35,640 nucleotides of DNA, from the NCBI GenBank assembly GCA_964534545.1, contig CAZHQS010000004.1, forward strand, positions 1-35,640, given 5' to 3'. How positions within the stretch are numbered: position 1 is the stretch's first letter; every line of letters begins with the position of its first letter. The notes beneath the pieces are model-generated. The model saw nothing but the letters and a program-made list of their open reading frames with translations, was not told the origin of the DNA and ran no database searches. Both the position numbers and the translations under genes were made by a program. The DNA comes from Candidatus Hydrothermarchaeota archaeon. GTDB taxonomy: Archaea > Hydrothermarchaeota > Hydrothermarchaeia > Hydrothermarchaeales > JAADFM01. Shown piece after piece: positions 17,894 to 28,201 of the stretch.

Positions 17894-18055
17894 TTACCTG
17901 CCACTCTTCGCTATCTCTTCCAGCCTCCTCCTCACCGCATCTTTTACGAACTCGCTTATAGAGGAGTATCCAAGCTCTTCATTCTCTATGACCTTTTCTA
18001 TCCTGGAGACAAGGGTTTCAGGAATACGTAAGGAGCGGTAACTGGTTTTGGGCAT
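17894..18055 (-). CDS. CopG/ribbon-helix-helix protein, 53 aa
   Basis: Not in the ORF track. MPKTSYRSLRIPETLVSRIEKVIENEELGYSSISEFVKDAVRRRLEEIAKSGR*. Confidence 0.85.
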   Translation of the reverse strand: MPKTSYRSLRIPETLVSRIEKVIENEELGYSSISEFVKDAVRRRLEEIAKSGR

Positions 18056-18182
18056 GTGATTTGCTCTGAATAATCACTGATATCTAATTTGTTTGTCATG
18101 GGTGAGATATGGGTGATGCAAATGGAAAGATTTAAATATAGGAAGGCTCAATGGCGAACTGTTAGAGTTGAGGGTTGAGGAC

Positions 18183-19679
18183 ATGGGGGCCAGAGAATCA
18201 CTCCAAACATTGATTCCCTTTTTGGTGGTCCTCTCCCCGCCTGCCCATGCTCTTTTTGGCATCCAATGCACCAATCCATCCGATTATCGCCATGGTCAAA
18301 TCGTATCGGTTTCCTGCCCATCAACCGCCAAGACGAACTCCTGGGTCACTATCTCACTGACGGCAAAAAACACCGGAGACTGCGCAACCATGTATCGGGC
18401 CTATGCTGAGGTCCCAGGTAATTATTTCTCACAATACAGTTTCCCTGACTATTTCTGGCTTGATGCTGGGGAATCAAAGACAGTCAGCATGCAGTTATAC
18501 ACGGGGGGGCTTGCAGGAAGCCCAACTGTTAAGATAAAACTTGAAAGCCACTACACGGCCCTTACCTATGAGGTTGATTCCTGGACAAAAACGATAGCCA
18601 TCGAGGAAGAATCGCCCTCACTTGATGAACAGATACAGCAGACCCAAGATGCGATAGGGTCAGAGATCAGTGAAGAAATTGACAAGACTCAACAGCTGCT
18701 TGATTCCGCCCTCTCCTCTGCCAACTCAGATTTTAAAAAATCCATCCTGAGCAAACTCGGGAACATCCACTACGCCCTTCATATTGTAGGGGAAAAGGCT
18801 GCATCTGAAGACAGGCAGGCGGCGATTGAAGCCCAGAAGCTCGAAATAGAGATAACAGAAAATGCTGCGGATGCATTGGCTATAGCAGTGGGACATGCCT
18901 TTACCCCTGCGGCTGGAGCAGGCCAAGCAGTGGTTCAAACGGTTTGTGCCTTCAGCAACTTTAAAAACACGCCCCTTGGCGATATCAGGAACACCATTAC
19001 ACAGAGATTATTGAAAAACGATATATTCTCGGATGGTTATGTTGGAGAAAAACAGAAGAGCTATATCACGGTTTATCTTGGAGGGCCTGTCGCCAACAGG
19101 AAGATGGGTGAAGTAAATGAGCGGATGAGGGATTTGAATCTGCCTTATTTTGAGGGAAATAACCTCATTGCTCCAGATGGACGAACATACGGCTGGGGTT
19201 ATGGGGTGTATGCCATTATCCCTGACATCAACCCAGCAAGCATCCGGGCCGATGGAACGTTTACGATCAACGTCAATGAACTTAACAGCCGCATCCAGAG
19301 AGGTGATTCGAGGCTCTATTACGTGGTGACAAGCGGTACAAACAGGGAAGGCACAACCGCTGCCGAGAAAGCCTATCTTGAAACCCTCGAAGTGGCCGAG
19401 GAGATGAGCAAGGTCATAAAAAAGGGGCTCTGTGCTGGAGATCTGGATGAGGATGATCTGTACCTCATTCAAGATGTGTTGTCGGCTCATGCTCAGGCCC
19501 ATGCTCTAACCGCCCTCAAGCATCCGGAAAGCCTGGAGTTCGGCCTCGAATTCACCCAGTCATTGATGCTGCTCGGCACAAGCGACACAACAAAAGAGGT
19601 AAAGGTAAGACCAATGGCCATGATTGTAAAAAAGACTGGCAACTCATGGACGCCGGTGAGGGTTTATTATGGGGTGTAA
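18183..19679 (+). CDS. Secreted protein with an Ig/CARDB-like N-domain and an S-layer C-terminal-like domain
   Basis: Signal-like N-terminus ending in PAHA; KNTGD...LDAGESKTV; YLGGPVAN and SGTNREGTTAA resemble the archaeal S-layer C-terminal domain. Confidence 0.55.
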   Translation: MGARESLQTLIPFLVVLSPPAHALFGIQCTNPSDYRHGQIVSVSCPSTAKTNSWVTISLTAKNTGDCATMYRAYAEVPGNYFSQYSFPDYFWLDAGESKTVSMQLYTGGLAGSPTVKIKLESHYTALTYEVDSWTKTIAIEEESPSLDEQIQQTQDAIGSEISEEIDKTQQLLDSALSSANSDFKKSILSKLGNIHYALHIVGEKAASEDRQAAIEAQKLEIEITENAADALAIAVGHAFTPAAGAGQAVVQTVCAFSNFKNTPLGDIRNTITQRLLKNDIFSDGYVGEKQKSYITVYLGGPVANRKMGEVNERMRDLNLPYFEGNNLIAPDGRTYGWGYGVYAIIPDINPASIRADGTFTINVNELNSRIQRGDSRLYYVVTSGTNREGTTAAEKAYLETLEVAEEMSKVIKKGLCAGDLDEDDLYLIQDVLSAHAQAHALTALKHPESLEFGLEFTQSLMLLGTSDTTKEVKVRPMAMIVKKTGNSWTPVRVYYGV

Positions 19680-19699
19680 AGCCTATATGGAGGTAGTGA

Positions 19700-19957
19700 A
19701 TGCAAGAATATCTTAAATGGGCCCTTTTAGGTTTCACATGGGGTATAATCGCAGATATTTACTTCATAGTAGGTGATATCTTGAATATTTCTTCGCATAC
19801 TATGAGCATGAGACTTGTCGGATATATTATCGGCTGGCCACTCATCCTTTCTCCATATTTAGGCTTTAGGTTTATTTTTGTTTTTTTAGGATCTCCAATT
19901 ATCGGAGCAATCATTTGTGGAATTTTTGGTTATGTTTTATGGAGGGTGAAACATTGA
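19700..19957 (+). CDS. Small membrane protein
   Basis: GGAGGT RBS; 2-3 hydrophobic segments; overlaps the next gene's start. Confidence 0.65.
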   Translation: MQEYLKWALLGFTWGIIADIYFIVGDILNISSHTMSMRLVGYIIGWPLILSPYLGFRFIFVFLGSPIIGAIICGIFGYVLWRVKH

Positions 19958-22900
19958 AAAGATTATCAACGGTTGTTATAATATCCTTTATCTCTTTTGT
20001 ATTTTTCCAAAATAATACATACGCAATGGAAGAAAATGGTACTATTCATCTAATTTTATCGAATAATGATCTATTTTTGAAAGATGCTCAAGAAGTTAAT
20101 CTAAAAATCGTTAAAATAAGCGGTGAAAATAATACTATTTTCTGGGAGGGATTTACTGATTTACCAATTAATATATCTTTTGATGTCCTACCTGGAACTT
20201 ATAAAATCTATGTAAGTAAAAATAACTTTACAGTAATTGAATATAATAATGATAGTATTGGATATAATGTAAATCCTAAAAGTTATGTAAAAATACCACA
20301 ATCGAAGAGGGATAGAGAGGGGATTAGACCTCAATTTGTGAATACCCCTTTTACTGATGTCACTGCTGATGGGCCATGGAGACTTGAACCTTCTCAAGAT
20401 ATACCCCTCACATATATCATTAAAGATACCGATCAATATTCCTTATATATTCGGAAAATTGAAGTATATGACGATGACCCCCCTCTACAAGATGACAGTG
20501 GTTCCGGTGATACTTTAGTTTATACGCATACATTAGAACAATCATTTGCTCAGGATTTTTGGTATGATATCGATTATTTAGATCGCTCTTTATTCAATGA
20601 TGATAATTTTTTAGAAATTCATGTAAAATTCGATATTGCTTGGGAAGCTGATGTTCATAAGTATTTCACAGTCTATTTATCACCTTATCATATGCCCAGT
20701 TTATCGAATTGGTATTACGGTGATACTCATTATCACAGTAGTTATACTGATAACGCATGTGAATTTGGAGCTCCTATTGAAGCTATTGTAAATACTGGTA
20801 AACGACTAGGTCTTAACTGGGCCACAATCACTGACCATTCTTTTGACTTGGATTCATCAAGGTGGACAGCATTAGGAAATGAGTGCAACACTTATTCAAC
20901 TTTTGATTTTAAATGCTTAAGGGCGGAAGAGATTTCATGTTACCTACCTGGAACTGATACTATTCCAGGTTTATATCAATATAACCACCTCTTAGCATAT
21001 GGTATTAGTAATTTTATCGCTGGAGGGGAATGGGAAGATGGTAGTGGTTCAGATTATACCCCTACCCAAGCAATCTCGCAGGTAAATAGTCAAGGAGGGT
21101 TTAGTTATATTGCTCATCCTTATGCAGATGATCAATTCCGTAATCCATGGCAAGACTATAACTTAGACTTCAATGGTTTAGAAGTTTGGAATGGGATATT
21201 AGACAGTGATAAACAGCTTACAGCACTCAATAATGGCCTGAATAGATGGGTTTCTCTGCTATTAAGTGGGAGAAAGATTTTCATTGAAGGTGGATCAGAT
21301 GCTCATGGAGATTTTAGCCATAATGCTGCAGATGGGATAGATTGCACAAATTTTGCTTCCTATAATATTTTTGAGCCCTATGGCGGATCAGATAACGCCT
21401 TCGGCAAGGTTCGCACTGCTGTTTATTCTCCTTCTGGTTTGACGGAATCCGGCATCCTTGACGCCCTCCGCAATGGACACTCCATAATGACCGATGGTCC
21501 CATGGTTGTTTTTGATGTGAATGGGACCATAATTGGAGATGAGATGAATATATCAGCAGGCCAGAGTGTGGCTCTTAACATCCAGTATAATTCAACGCCG
21601 GAGTTTGGATATATTGACGAAATTACAGTGATTAAAGGCATAATAGGCGGGCAGGAGTCCATTTTTACAGAGTTATATCCTGGAGATTATGAGGGGGGCT
21701 ATACAGTGGTGGATGTCATCCCGACCTCGAACTGCTATTACAGATTAAATGCGACAACAAATACAGGGTACAGGGCATATACCAATCCGATATGGGTAAA
21801 CGTTGATTACTCCGATTCCTACGAACCCGACGACGATTATACCCTGGCGAACTGGATATCGACTGATGGCACGTTGCAGACCCACAACTTCCATGATGCT
21901 GGGGATTATGATTATGTGAAGTTTTATGCCACATCTGGAAATAACTATGAAATAACAACTTCAAATCTTGGGAGTAGTTGTGATACTGTTCTCTATCTCT
22001 ATGATACCGATGGGACGACACTGTTGGCTTCCAATGATGATTATGACTCAAGCCTCGCATCCCGAATTTCCTGGACGTGTCCTGCCTGTCCTGACGGAAC
22101 ATATTATGTCAAAGTCCGGAATTTCAACAGCACACTGTATGGTGCCGACACGCAATACAATATCAACATAACGGAAACCGTACTCCCACCTCCCGCTGTG
22201 GAACGTATAGACCCATCAGATGTTGCAAATATCTCCAACCGGATAGGAATTCAAAATCTTGAAAACGGCTCATGTATCGAAATCCACATTCTCGACAGTC
22301 AAAACGAAGTCTTTGGAGTTTGTTCCATTAACGGTCAAGTGCAAGTAACCAACGGAACGTTGAACAGTGCGGATTTAGTTATTAAGATTAGGAAAAGTGC
22401 ATTTTATTCTGCCCTGTTTTCTTCCAATCCCTTTAAAGAATTGAAAACCCAGTACTATGATTATGACAACATCGATGTAACCCTTGCCAATGGGGTAACG
22501 CATCTATGGGATGCCTCACCATGGGATATAATCGAACTGATAAAACTTGGATACAAGTCTATTTTCAATCGCATCATAGGCTTCTCCCTCACCACTGATG
22601 CCATTTCAAAAAGTGTTGCTCCAGATGAATCTGCAAACTATACCCTTGTCCTGGGAAATAATCAGACGACCACCGATACCTTTAATTTGACATCTACTTC
22701 TATCGGGGCAGGTGATGATGCCTCCCTGGATACATCGTCCCTCATATTGGACCCAAAGACCTTATCATCCAACCTCACCCTCACAGTCTCAAGGTCAGAG
22801 GCGACTGGATACGCCGTAAGTTGTGTAAAAGTTCTGGCGACCTCCCAAAAGAATCGTAATATCTCTGACGCCGTTTTCGTGAAGACTATTTTCGGCAATT

Positions 22901-25900
22901 TAACCCTATCCGGTACCGCTTATATTGCTGGTGAAGGCGGCCATTTGGCCGTGGTTGACCTTGAAGCCTTCACAAAGGATGCAGCCACCTACATCCCCAA
23001 GAGGGTCAGGCCCAAGGGTCTCTATGGGGGTAGCGAGACTGCGGGTGTTCTTGCCGGGATGGATATTGGTGAAATGACCGGGGAGGGGATGCCTGTCAGG
23101 CAGGGAGGGACCCATGGTGCGGCTCTGCTGGCTGACAAAGAAACCCTGGTCGTGGGCACCCTGGGCGGTCAGGTCTACGAGGTTAACCTGAAGACCAAGA
23201 AGACCACCGGCCCCGTGGACGTGGGTATCAAGTTCTGTGACGCCATGCTCGGACCCGACGGCAAGGTCTATCTCGAGGACATGGCCGACGGGAACATCTA
23301 CGTATATGACCCTGACACAGGCACTACCGCAGATATAATACCAACAGGGGATAACAACGATGCCATCTCCTCAGTCTGCGGTATTGACTGGCTCGATGAC
23401 GGCACCATGCTGATAACCGACATGCCCAGCGGAATCGTCTACCACATAGATGCCGAAGGAAACGTCCTGGGCAGCCTTAATGTCGGGACCTTCATCCACC
23501 AGGCCACCCTGACCACGGACAAGAAGGAGTTCTGGGTCTCGGCACCCGACGAGTTCAACGTTCCGGTCAACGGTCTTGACGGCTGGTCCATCAACCCTGG
23601 GGCCTCCGGCGGACACAAACCCGGAATATCCATCGTGGACCCGGCTACCATGACCGAGATCACCAGGATTGAAACTCCTAACCTATACTCCCACGACATA
23701 GAGTTTACCCCTGACGGCAAGTACGCCCTCATCAGCGCCAGGGACTATATGGACGGCGGTTGGCTAATGGTCATGGACACCGAATCCCATGAGGTCTTAC
23801 TGAAGGGAGAGGTATGTAGGAAATGCCATATGGATGCCGGGATTGAATTGGAAGCCGGAACAGTAAAACTGGGGGGTATTGTGATAGACAGCAGGGATAC
23901 TACACCCCCAAAAATAAGTTTTGGGAGAAGAACACCAGCTGATAATTTCAATTCAAGTTCTGGCAACGTAACCATTGAGATTTTGCACAGGGAAATCCAT
24001 CCAGACACTCTCATCCTATCCTGGAACAATACCAACAAAACGTACAGCTACCCTTCAGTCAATTCACAGGGCGGCGGTGGTAGTGGCGGCCCATGTAGCG
24101 GAATTTCACAGACAACCATATCCACGGTCATTCATTTGTCATGTCTTTCGGACGGAACCTATTCCTATTATGCTTGGGCAAACGATACCTATGGCAACTT
24201 TAACCTGACCGCCTCCCGGACCATCCGCATTGATACTGCCCCACCCTCCGCCGTCATCATGTGGCCACAAAACAAGACATATTATCACGATACTTTGTCC
24301 TTAAATCTTTCAGTGAATGGTGGAGCATCCTGGATTGGATATAGTTTGGACGGGGCATTCAATGTCACTACAACCGGGAGCACTGTGCTCCCCAGTCTAT
24401 CAAAAGGCCAGCATAACGTAACCGTTTATGCAAACGATACCGCAGGAAACATGGGCTCTTCAACGGTCTGGTTTACTATATCCTTTGATAGAGATGGAGA
24501 TGGCTACGATGCTGTACGATCTGGAGGAACGGACTGCAACGATTTCAACCCGAAAATAAACCCAGGAGCAAAGGAGATACCAGGAAACTTCATCGACGAG
24601 AATTGTGACCTCAAAGACGATATAGCAAGATTTGATGTAACAGTTGATGAAAAAGAGAAATTCATAAATGCGGGAGAGAAGGCTACTTACAACATCACCA
24701 TATCAAATACTGGAGACCTTAAGGATTCCTATACCCTCAAGGTCTTTAATCCAAAACATGAAATCTCGATCGATAAGACCTTCATCACCCTTGGTAAAGG
24801 AGCTAGCAGTTCTATCATTCTGAACGTATCTGCAGACCTGCCAGGGGAATATTATACCTACATCTCAGTGTCATCGCTAAACCACAACATCTTCAGATAT
24901 CTTACAACAAAGACCATCGTGAAGGGAAGCAGCCTAGCTGTAAAACCTGATGCCTATGAGCAAACCGCCGCCCAAAACGGGACTGCAAGCTTCAAAATGT
25001 TCATCAAGAACACCGGAAACCAGGAGGGCAGCTACACAATAAATGTCTCGTCTAAGGCGACAATAACCCTATCTGCTAACAATCTGTCGATACCGCCAGG
25101 ATCGGATGGGATGGTCGAAATCCAAGCCAATGCTTCTAATCCTGGATTTTATCCCATCACTGTGAACGTCACAACCGACCACGGTCTTTCAAAGGTCGCC
25201 AGGGTATTTCTCAAGGTAGTGGAAACTGAGACCCTTGCCGTATCCTTGACATCCGATAACCTGTTCTCCCAGGTAGATATTGGGGAGAACGCCAGCTATA
25301 ACATAACAATAAAGAACACCGGCAACAGGAACGGTTCACTGCGCCTCTTTGTGAGAAATCCCTTCGGGGCAAAAGTATACTTTGACACATCACCTGTCAT
25401 CCTATCACCAAGGGAGTCGGTAAACAGGATCCTCAATGTCACGACATCGATCATAGGAGACTACAGGGTTGAGGTTATTGCATTGCTATCAGGGGCCAAT
25501 TCGACAAAGGTAAAGATCACTGAATATGCAGACTTCGAATGTCCATACTGTGCTCTCGCCGCTGATACGATAAAACTGATCAGGGACACATACGGTCATC
25601 GTGTTGATGTTGAGTACAAACATTTCCCGTTAAGCTACCACCCGAATGCACAAAAGGCGGCAGAGGCTTCTGAATGTGCCAGGGATCAAGGTAGATTCTG
25701 GGAATACTATGACCTTCTGTACGACAACTACAACTCCCTCTCCATACTCAAAATGAAACAGCTCGCCGGTGATCTAGGTCTTGATACATCCAAGTTCAAC
25801 ACCTGCCTTGACAGTGGTAAAAAATCTGACGTTATAGCCGAACACAAAGATGAAGGTATAAAGGTAGGAATAACCGGCACACCTACTTTCTTCGTGGATG

Positions 25901-28158
25901 ACAAGAGGCTGGTAGGGGCTCACCCTTTCAGTGCTTTCAAAGATCTGATTGATAATAAACTTGGTAGCAACTCCGTTGTTGATCCTCAACAGGTTAAGTC
26001 ATCTTTAGTGACCAACACGCGTGTTCCCTCCTCCTTTGCCATGAAGGTCTACCCCATGGCCCAGGTAGGCTACCAGAACACCAGCACTATCTATACTATC
26101 TATATCAAGAACACCGGTACACAAGCGCATAACTACACCATCACAGTTGTCAACTCCACCGAGTTCGCAAACCTCAGTGACAATTTGATATCCCTTGGAA
26201 GCGGGGAGGCCGAAAAGGTCACACTGACACTAAAGGAACCCGATACAGGCAAATACAACGCCACGATAACCGTCACGACCCAGGAGACCGGACAGGTTCA
26301 AAAACGCAGGGTCGGATTACTTGTCATTTCCCAGGACATCTACGGCGTTTCCCTGACCTCTGATTCCGTATTACAATTCGCCCAGGCAGGCGATGACGCA
26401 GAATACATCCTCTCAATCGTCAATCTCGGAAATATCGATGATACCTACAATCTCTCCTTAAAGGAAGCAATCGATGCAGACACTGCTACGTTCTACAATT
26501 CCACCGATGAGTTCACCTCGGCCCTTGTCGATATACCGGCAGGCTCAGCAAAGCCCTTCTACCTTAAGGTAAGAGATTCCACACCTGGGGTCTACCCAGT
26601 AAGGGTCGTTGCTTCATCCACAAACCGGACCTATGTAAAAGACATCCTGGCAGTAAAAACCGTCGTAGTCGGCCAGAGGGATTACGCCATTGATTACACA
26701 AGCTATGCAAAAGACGATTCGGTCTTAAAGGACGGAACAACGGTTGCTAACCGGTCTGTTATCATCGATTCTCTGGTTTCAGCTTCCACAATTGTCCAGT
26801 CCATCATAATCGATTCGGAGATCTACAATAGCAATGTGACAAATACCACCCTCAAAGATGTCATCCTGAAAGGTGGGGTGGTAACCGACAACAAGATCCT
26901 GTCAGGCAATATCACAATGAACGACGTTGAGTTCAGCATCTCAAAGGAGACCTCTATTGATGACCTTGTCTCAGGGGCCGATGAAGAGGACAGCAGCATC
27001 ACAGGTACGGAAAATGGTTCGGTAGAGGTCCTCGCCAACAAGTCCAACATAAAGTTCGCCATCTTTGGCAAACAGCATTTCGTTGGTGGTTCTCTGAAGG
27101 TGGTCAAAGCGAGAAAACCGCCAAAAACTGTCAGAGGTTTTAATGGGAACAAAAAGGCTCTCCACTACTACCAGATAGACATCAGCGAGAACATCAACGC
27201 CAGCATGAACTACACGAATCTAAAGGTTTATTACAACAGGAGCGACCTGCCTTCAGATGTAGACGAATCCACCCTCCGTTTCATGTACTTCAACGGTACC
27301 GATTGGGAGGAGGTCGAACAGCAGAGGCTCTATAAGGATGCTGATCCACCCTATATCGAGGCCAACGTGACCCACTTCTCCGACTACAGCATCGCGGGTA
27401 GCGTCGAACCCGATAATAGCGGTTCCACCGGAGGAACCGGCGGCGGCGGCGGTGGCGGCGGAGGTGCCGATACCGGCCTGACTGCCACCATCAAATCGAT
27501 AATCGCGGGCGGGGTAGGTTCTGCGAAATTTGACATTGCCGAATCGAAATACATCTCCGAGATTATCCTTAAAGCGAAGGAGAACATCTTTAACGCCCAG
27601 GTGAAAGTTGAAATCCTTGACAAAAAACCCTATGCCACCATGCCTGACCCGGATGGAACCGTCCTATCTTACCTGAAATTGACCAAGACGGGGATGACAA
27701 ATTCACAGTTCGAAGCGCCTGTCATAAGGTTCCAGGTGCCGGTATCCTGGCTTGTTGAGAAGGACATAAACCAGGGAAAGGTTTACCTGAAAAGGGATGC
27801 CACCAGCAAATGGGAGACCCTCGAAACGACATTCCTTTCAGAGGATGATGAGTACGCATACTATTCCGCGGTGACTCCTGGTTTCTCCTACTTTGTCATA
27901 ACAGGTGATGATGGTTCTGGATATGTCAAGCCTGAAGAGGAGGCAGAGGAGATTGCAAAACAGCCCGAGGTGACTGTCCCGCCGGTTGTTACCACCGTGC
28001 CGCCAGCAACGTCACCGCCTGCTGAGGTTGCGGAAAAACCAGAAGAAACAAAACCGCCCGCTCCTGAACCTGAAGAAGAGAAGAAAGGGATTTGCGGACC
28101 TAGTTTGGTTATCCTTCTGGCCCTTGCGCCCCTTCTGTCAAAGAGATGGATGGATTAG
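19954..28158 (+). CDS. Giant multidomain cell-surface protein (PHP hydrolase, PPC, beta-propeller with CxxCH, Ig-like repeats, DsbA-like, PGF-pre-PGF, CGP-CTERM-like anchor)
   Basis: TTG 19954 after GGAGGGTG gives a signal peptide; DTHYHS/TDHS/AHP/GSDAH; CRKCH; DRDGDG...DCND...DENCD; ADFECPYC...GTPTF; TPGFSYF; KKGICGPSLVILLAL. Confidence 0.85.
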   Translation: MKRLSTVVIISFISFVFFQNNTYAMEENGTIHLILSNNDLFLKDAQEVNLKIVKISGENNTIFWEGFTDLPINISFDVLPGTYKIYVSKNNFTVIEYNNDSIGYNVNPKSYVKIPQSKRDREGIRPQFVNTPFTDVTADGPWRLEPSQDIPLTYIIKDTDQYSLYIRKIEVYDDDPPLQDDSGSGDTLVYTHTLEQSFAQDFWYDIDYLDRSLFNDDNFLEIHVKFDIAWEADVHKYFTVYLSPYHMPSLSNWYYGDTHYHSSYTDNACEFGAPIEAIVNTGKRLGLNWATITDHSFDLDSSRWTALGNECNTYSTFDFKCLRAEEISCYLPGTDTIPGLYQYNHLLAYGISNFIAGGEWEDGSGSDYTPTQAISQVNSQGGFSYIAHPYADDQFRNPWQDYNLDFNGLEVWNGILDSDKQLTALNNGLNRWVSLLLSGRKIFIEGGSDAHGDFSHNAADGIDCTNFASYNIFEPYGGSDNAFGKVRTAVYSPSGLTESGILDALRNGHSIMTDGPMVVFDVNGTIIGDEMNISAGQSVALNIQYNSTPEFGYIDEITVIKGIIGGQESIFTELYPGDYEGGYTVVDVIPTSNCYYRLNATTNTGYRAYTNPIWVNVDYSDSYEPDDDYTLANWISTDGTLQTHNFHDAGDYDYVKFYATSGNNYEITTSNLGSSCDTVLYLYDTDGTTLLASNDDYDSSLASRISWTCPACPDGTYYVKVRNFNSTLYGADTQYNINITETVLPPPAVERIDPSDVANISNRIGIQNLENGSCIEIHILDSQNEVFGVCSINGQVQVTNGTLNSADLVIKIRKSAFYSALFSSNPFKELKTQYYDYDNIDVTLANGVTHLWDASPWDIIELIKLGYKSIFNRIIGFSLTTDAISKSVAPDESANYTLVLGNNQTTTDTFNLTSTSIGAGDDASLDTSSLILDPKTLSSNLTLTVSRSEATGYAVSCVKVLATSQKNRNISDAVFVKTIFGNLTLSGTAYIAGEGGHLAVVDLEAFTKDAATYIPKRVRPKGLYGGSETAGVLAGMDIGEMTGEGMPVRQGGTHGAALLADKETLVVGTLGGQVYEVNLKTKKTTGPVDVGIKFCDAMLGPDGKVYLEDMADGNIYVYDPDTGTTADIIPTGDNNDAISSVCGIDWLDDGTMLITDMPSGIVYHIDAEGNVLGSLNVGTFIHQATLTTDKKEFWVSAPDEFNVPVNGLDGWSINPGASGGHKPGISIVDPATMTEITRIETPNLYSHDIEFTPDGKYALISARDYMDGGWLMVMDTESHEVLLKGEVCRKCHMDAGIELEAGTVKLGGIVIDSRDTTPPKISFGRRTPADNFNSSSGNVTIEILHREIHPDTLILSWNNTNKTYSYPSVNSQGGGGSGGPCSGISQTTISTVIHLSCLSDGTYSYYAWANDTYGNFNLTASRTIRIDTAPPSAVIMWPQNKTYYHDTLSLNLSVNGGASWIGYSLDGAFNVTTTGSTVLPSLSKGQHNVTVYANDTAGNMGSSTVWFTISFDRDGDGYDAVRSGGTDCNDFNPKINPGAKEIPGNFIDENCDLKDDIARFDVTVDEKEKFINAGEKATYNITISNTGDLKDSYTLKVFNPKHEISIDKTFITLGKGASSSIILNVSADLPGEYYTYISVSSLNHNIFRYLTTKTIVKGSSLAVKPDAYEQTAAQNGTASFKMFIKNTGNQEGSYTINVSSKATITLSANNLSIPPGSDGMVEIQANASNPGFYPITVNVTTDHGLSKVARVFLKVVETETLAVSLTSDNLFSQVDIGENASYNITIKNTGNRNGSLRLFVRNPFGAKVYFDTSPVILSPRESVNRILNVTTSIIGDYRVEVIALLSGANSTKVKITEYADFECPYCALAADTIKLIRDTYGHRVDVEYKHFPLSYHPNAQKAAEASECARDQGRFWEYYDLLYDNYNSLSILKMKQLAGDLGLDTSKFNTCLDSGKKSDVIAEHKDEGIKVGITGTPTFFVDDKRLVGAHPFSAFKDLIDNKLGSNSVVDPQQVKSSLVTNTRVPSSFAMKVYPMAQVGYQNTSTIYTIYIKNTGTQAHNYTITVVNSTEFANLSDNLISLGSGEAEKVTLTLKEPDTGKYNATITVTTQETGQVQKRRVGLLVISQDIYGVSLTSDSVLQFAQAGDDAEYILSIVNLGNIDDTYNLSLKEAIDADTATFYNSTDEFTSALVDIPAGSAKPFYLKVRDSTPGVYPVRVVASSTNRTYVKDILAVKTVVVGQRDYAIDYTSYAKDDSVLKDGTTVANRSVIIDSLVSASTIVQSIIIDSEIYNSNVTNTTLKDVILKGGVVTDNKILSGNITMNDVEFSISKETSIDDLVSGADEEDSSITGTENGSVEVLANKSNIKFAIFGKQHFVGGSLKVVKARKPPKTVRGFNGNKKALHYYQIDISENINASMNYTNLKVYYNRSDLPSDVDESTLRFMYFNGTDWEEVEQQRLYKDADPPYIEANVTHFSDYSIAGSVEPDNSGSTGGTGGGGGGGGGADTGLTATIKSIIAGGVGSAKFDIAESKYISEIILKAKENIFNAQVKVEILDKKPYATMPDPDGTVLSYLKLTKTGMTNSQFEAPVIRFQVPVSWLVEKDINQGKVYLKRDATSKWETLETTFLSEDDEYAYYSAVTPGFSYFVITGDDGSGYVKPEEEAEEIAKQPEVTVPPVVTTVPPATSPPAEVAEKPEETKPPAPEPEEEKKGICGPSLVILLALAPLLSKRWMD

Positions 28159-28201
28159 ATGGCACTGGAGAAGACCTGAACATGCCCTTTCAGCTAGGCT
28201 C

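Noticed and set aside
27430-27465. GGC-rich tandem repeat
   Set aside because: Encodes the ordinary poly-Gly linker before the PGF-pre-PGF domain
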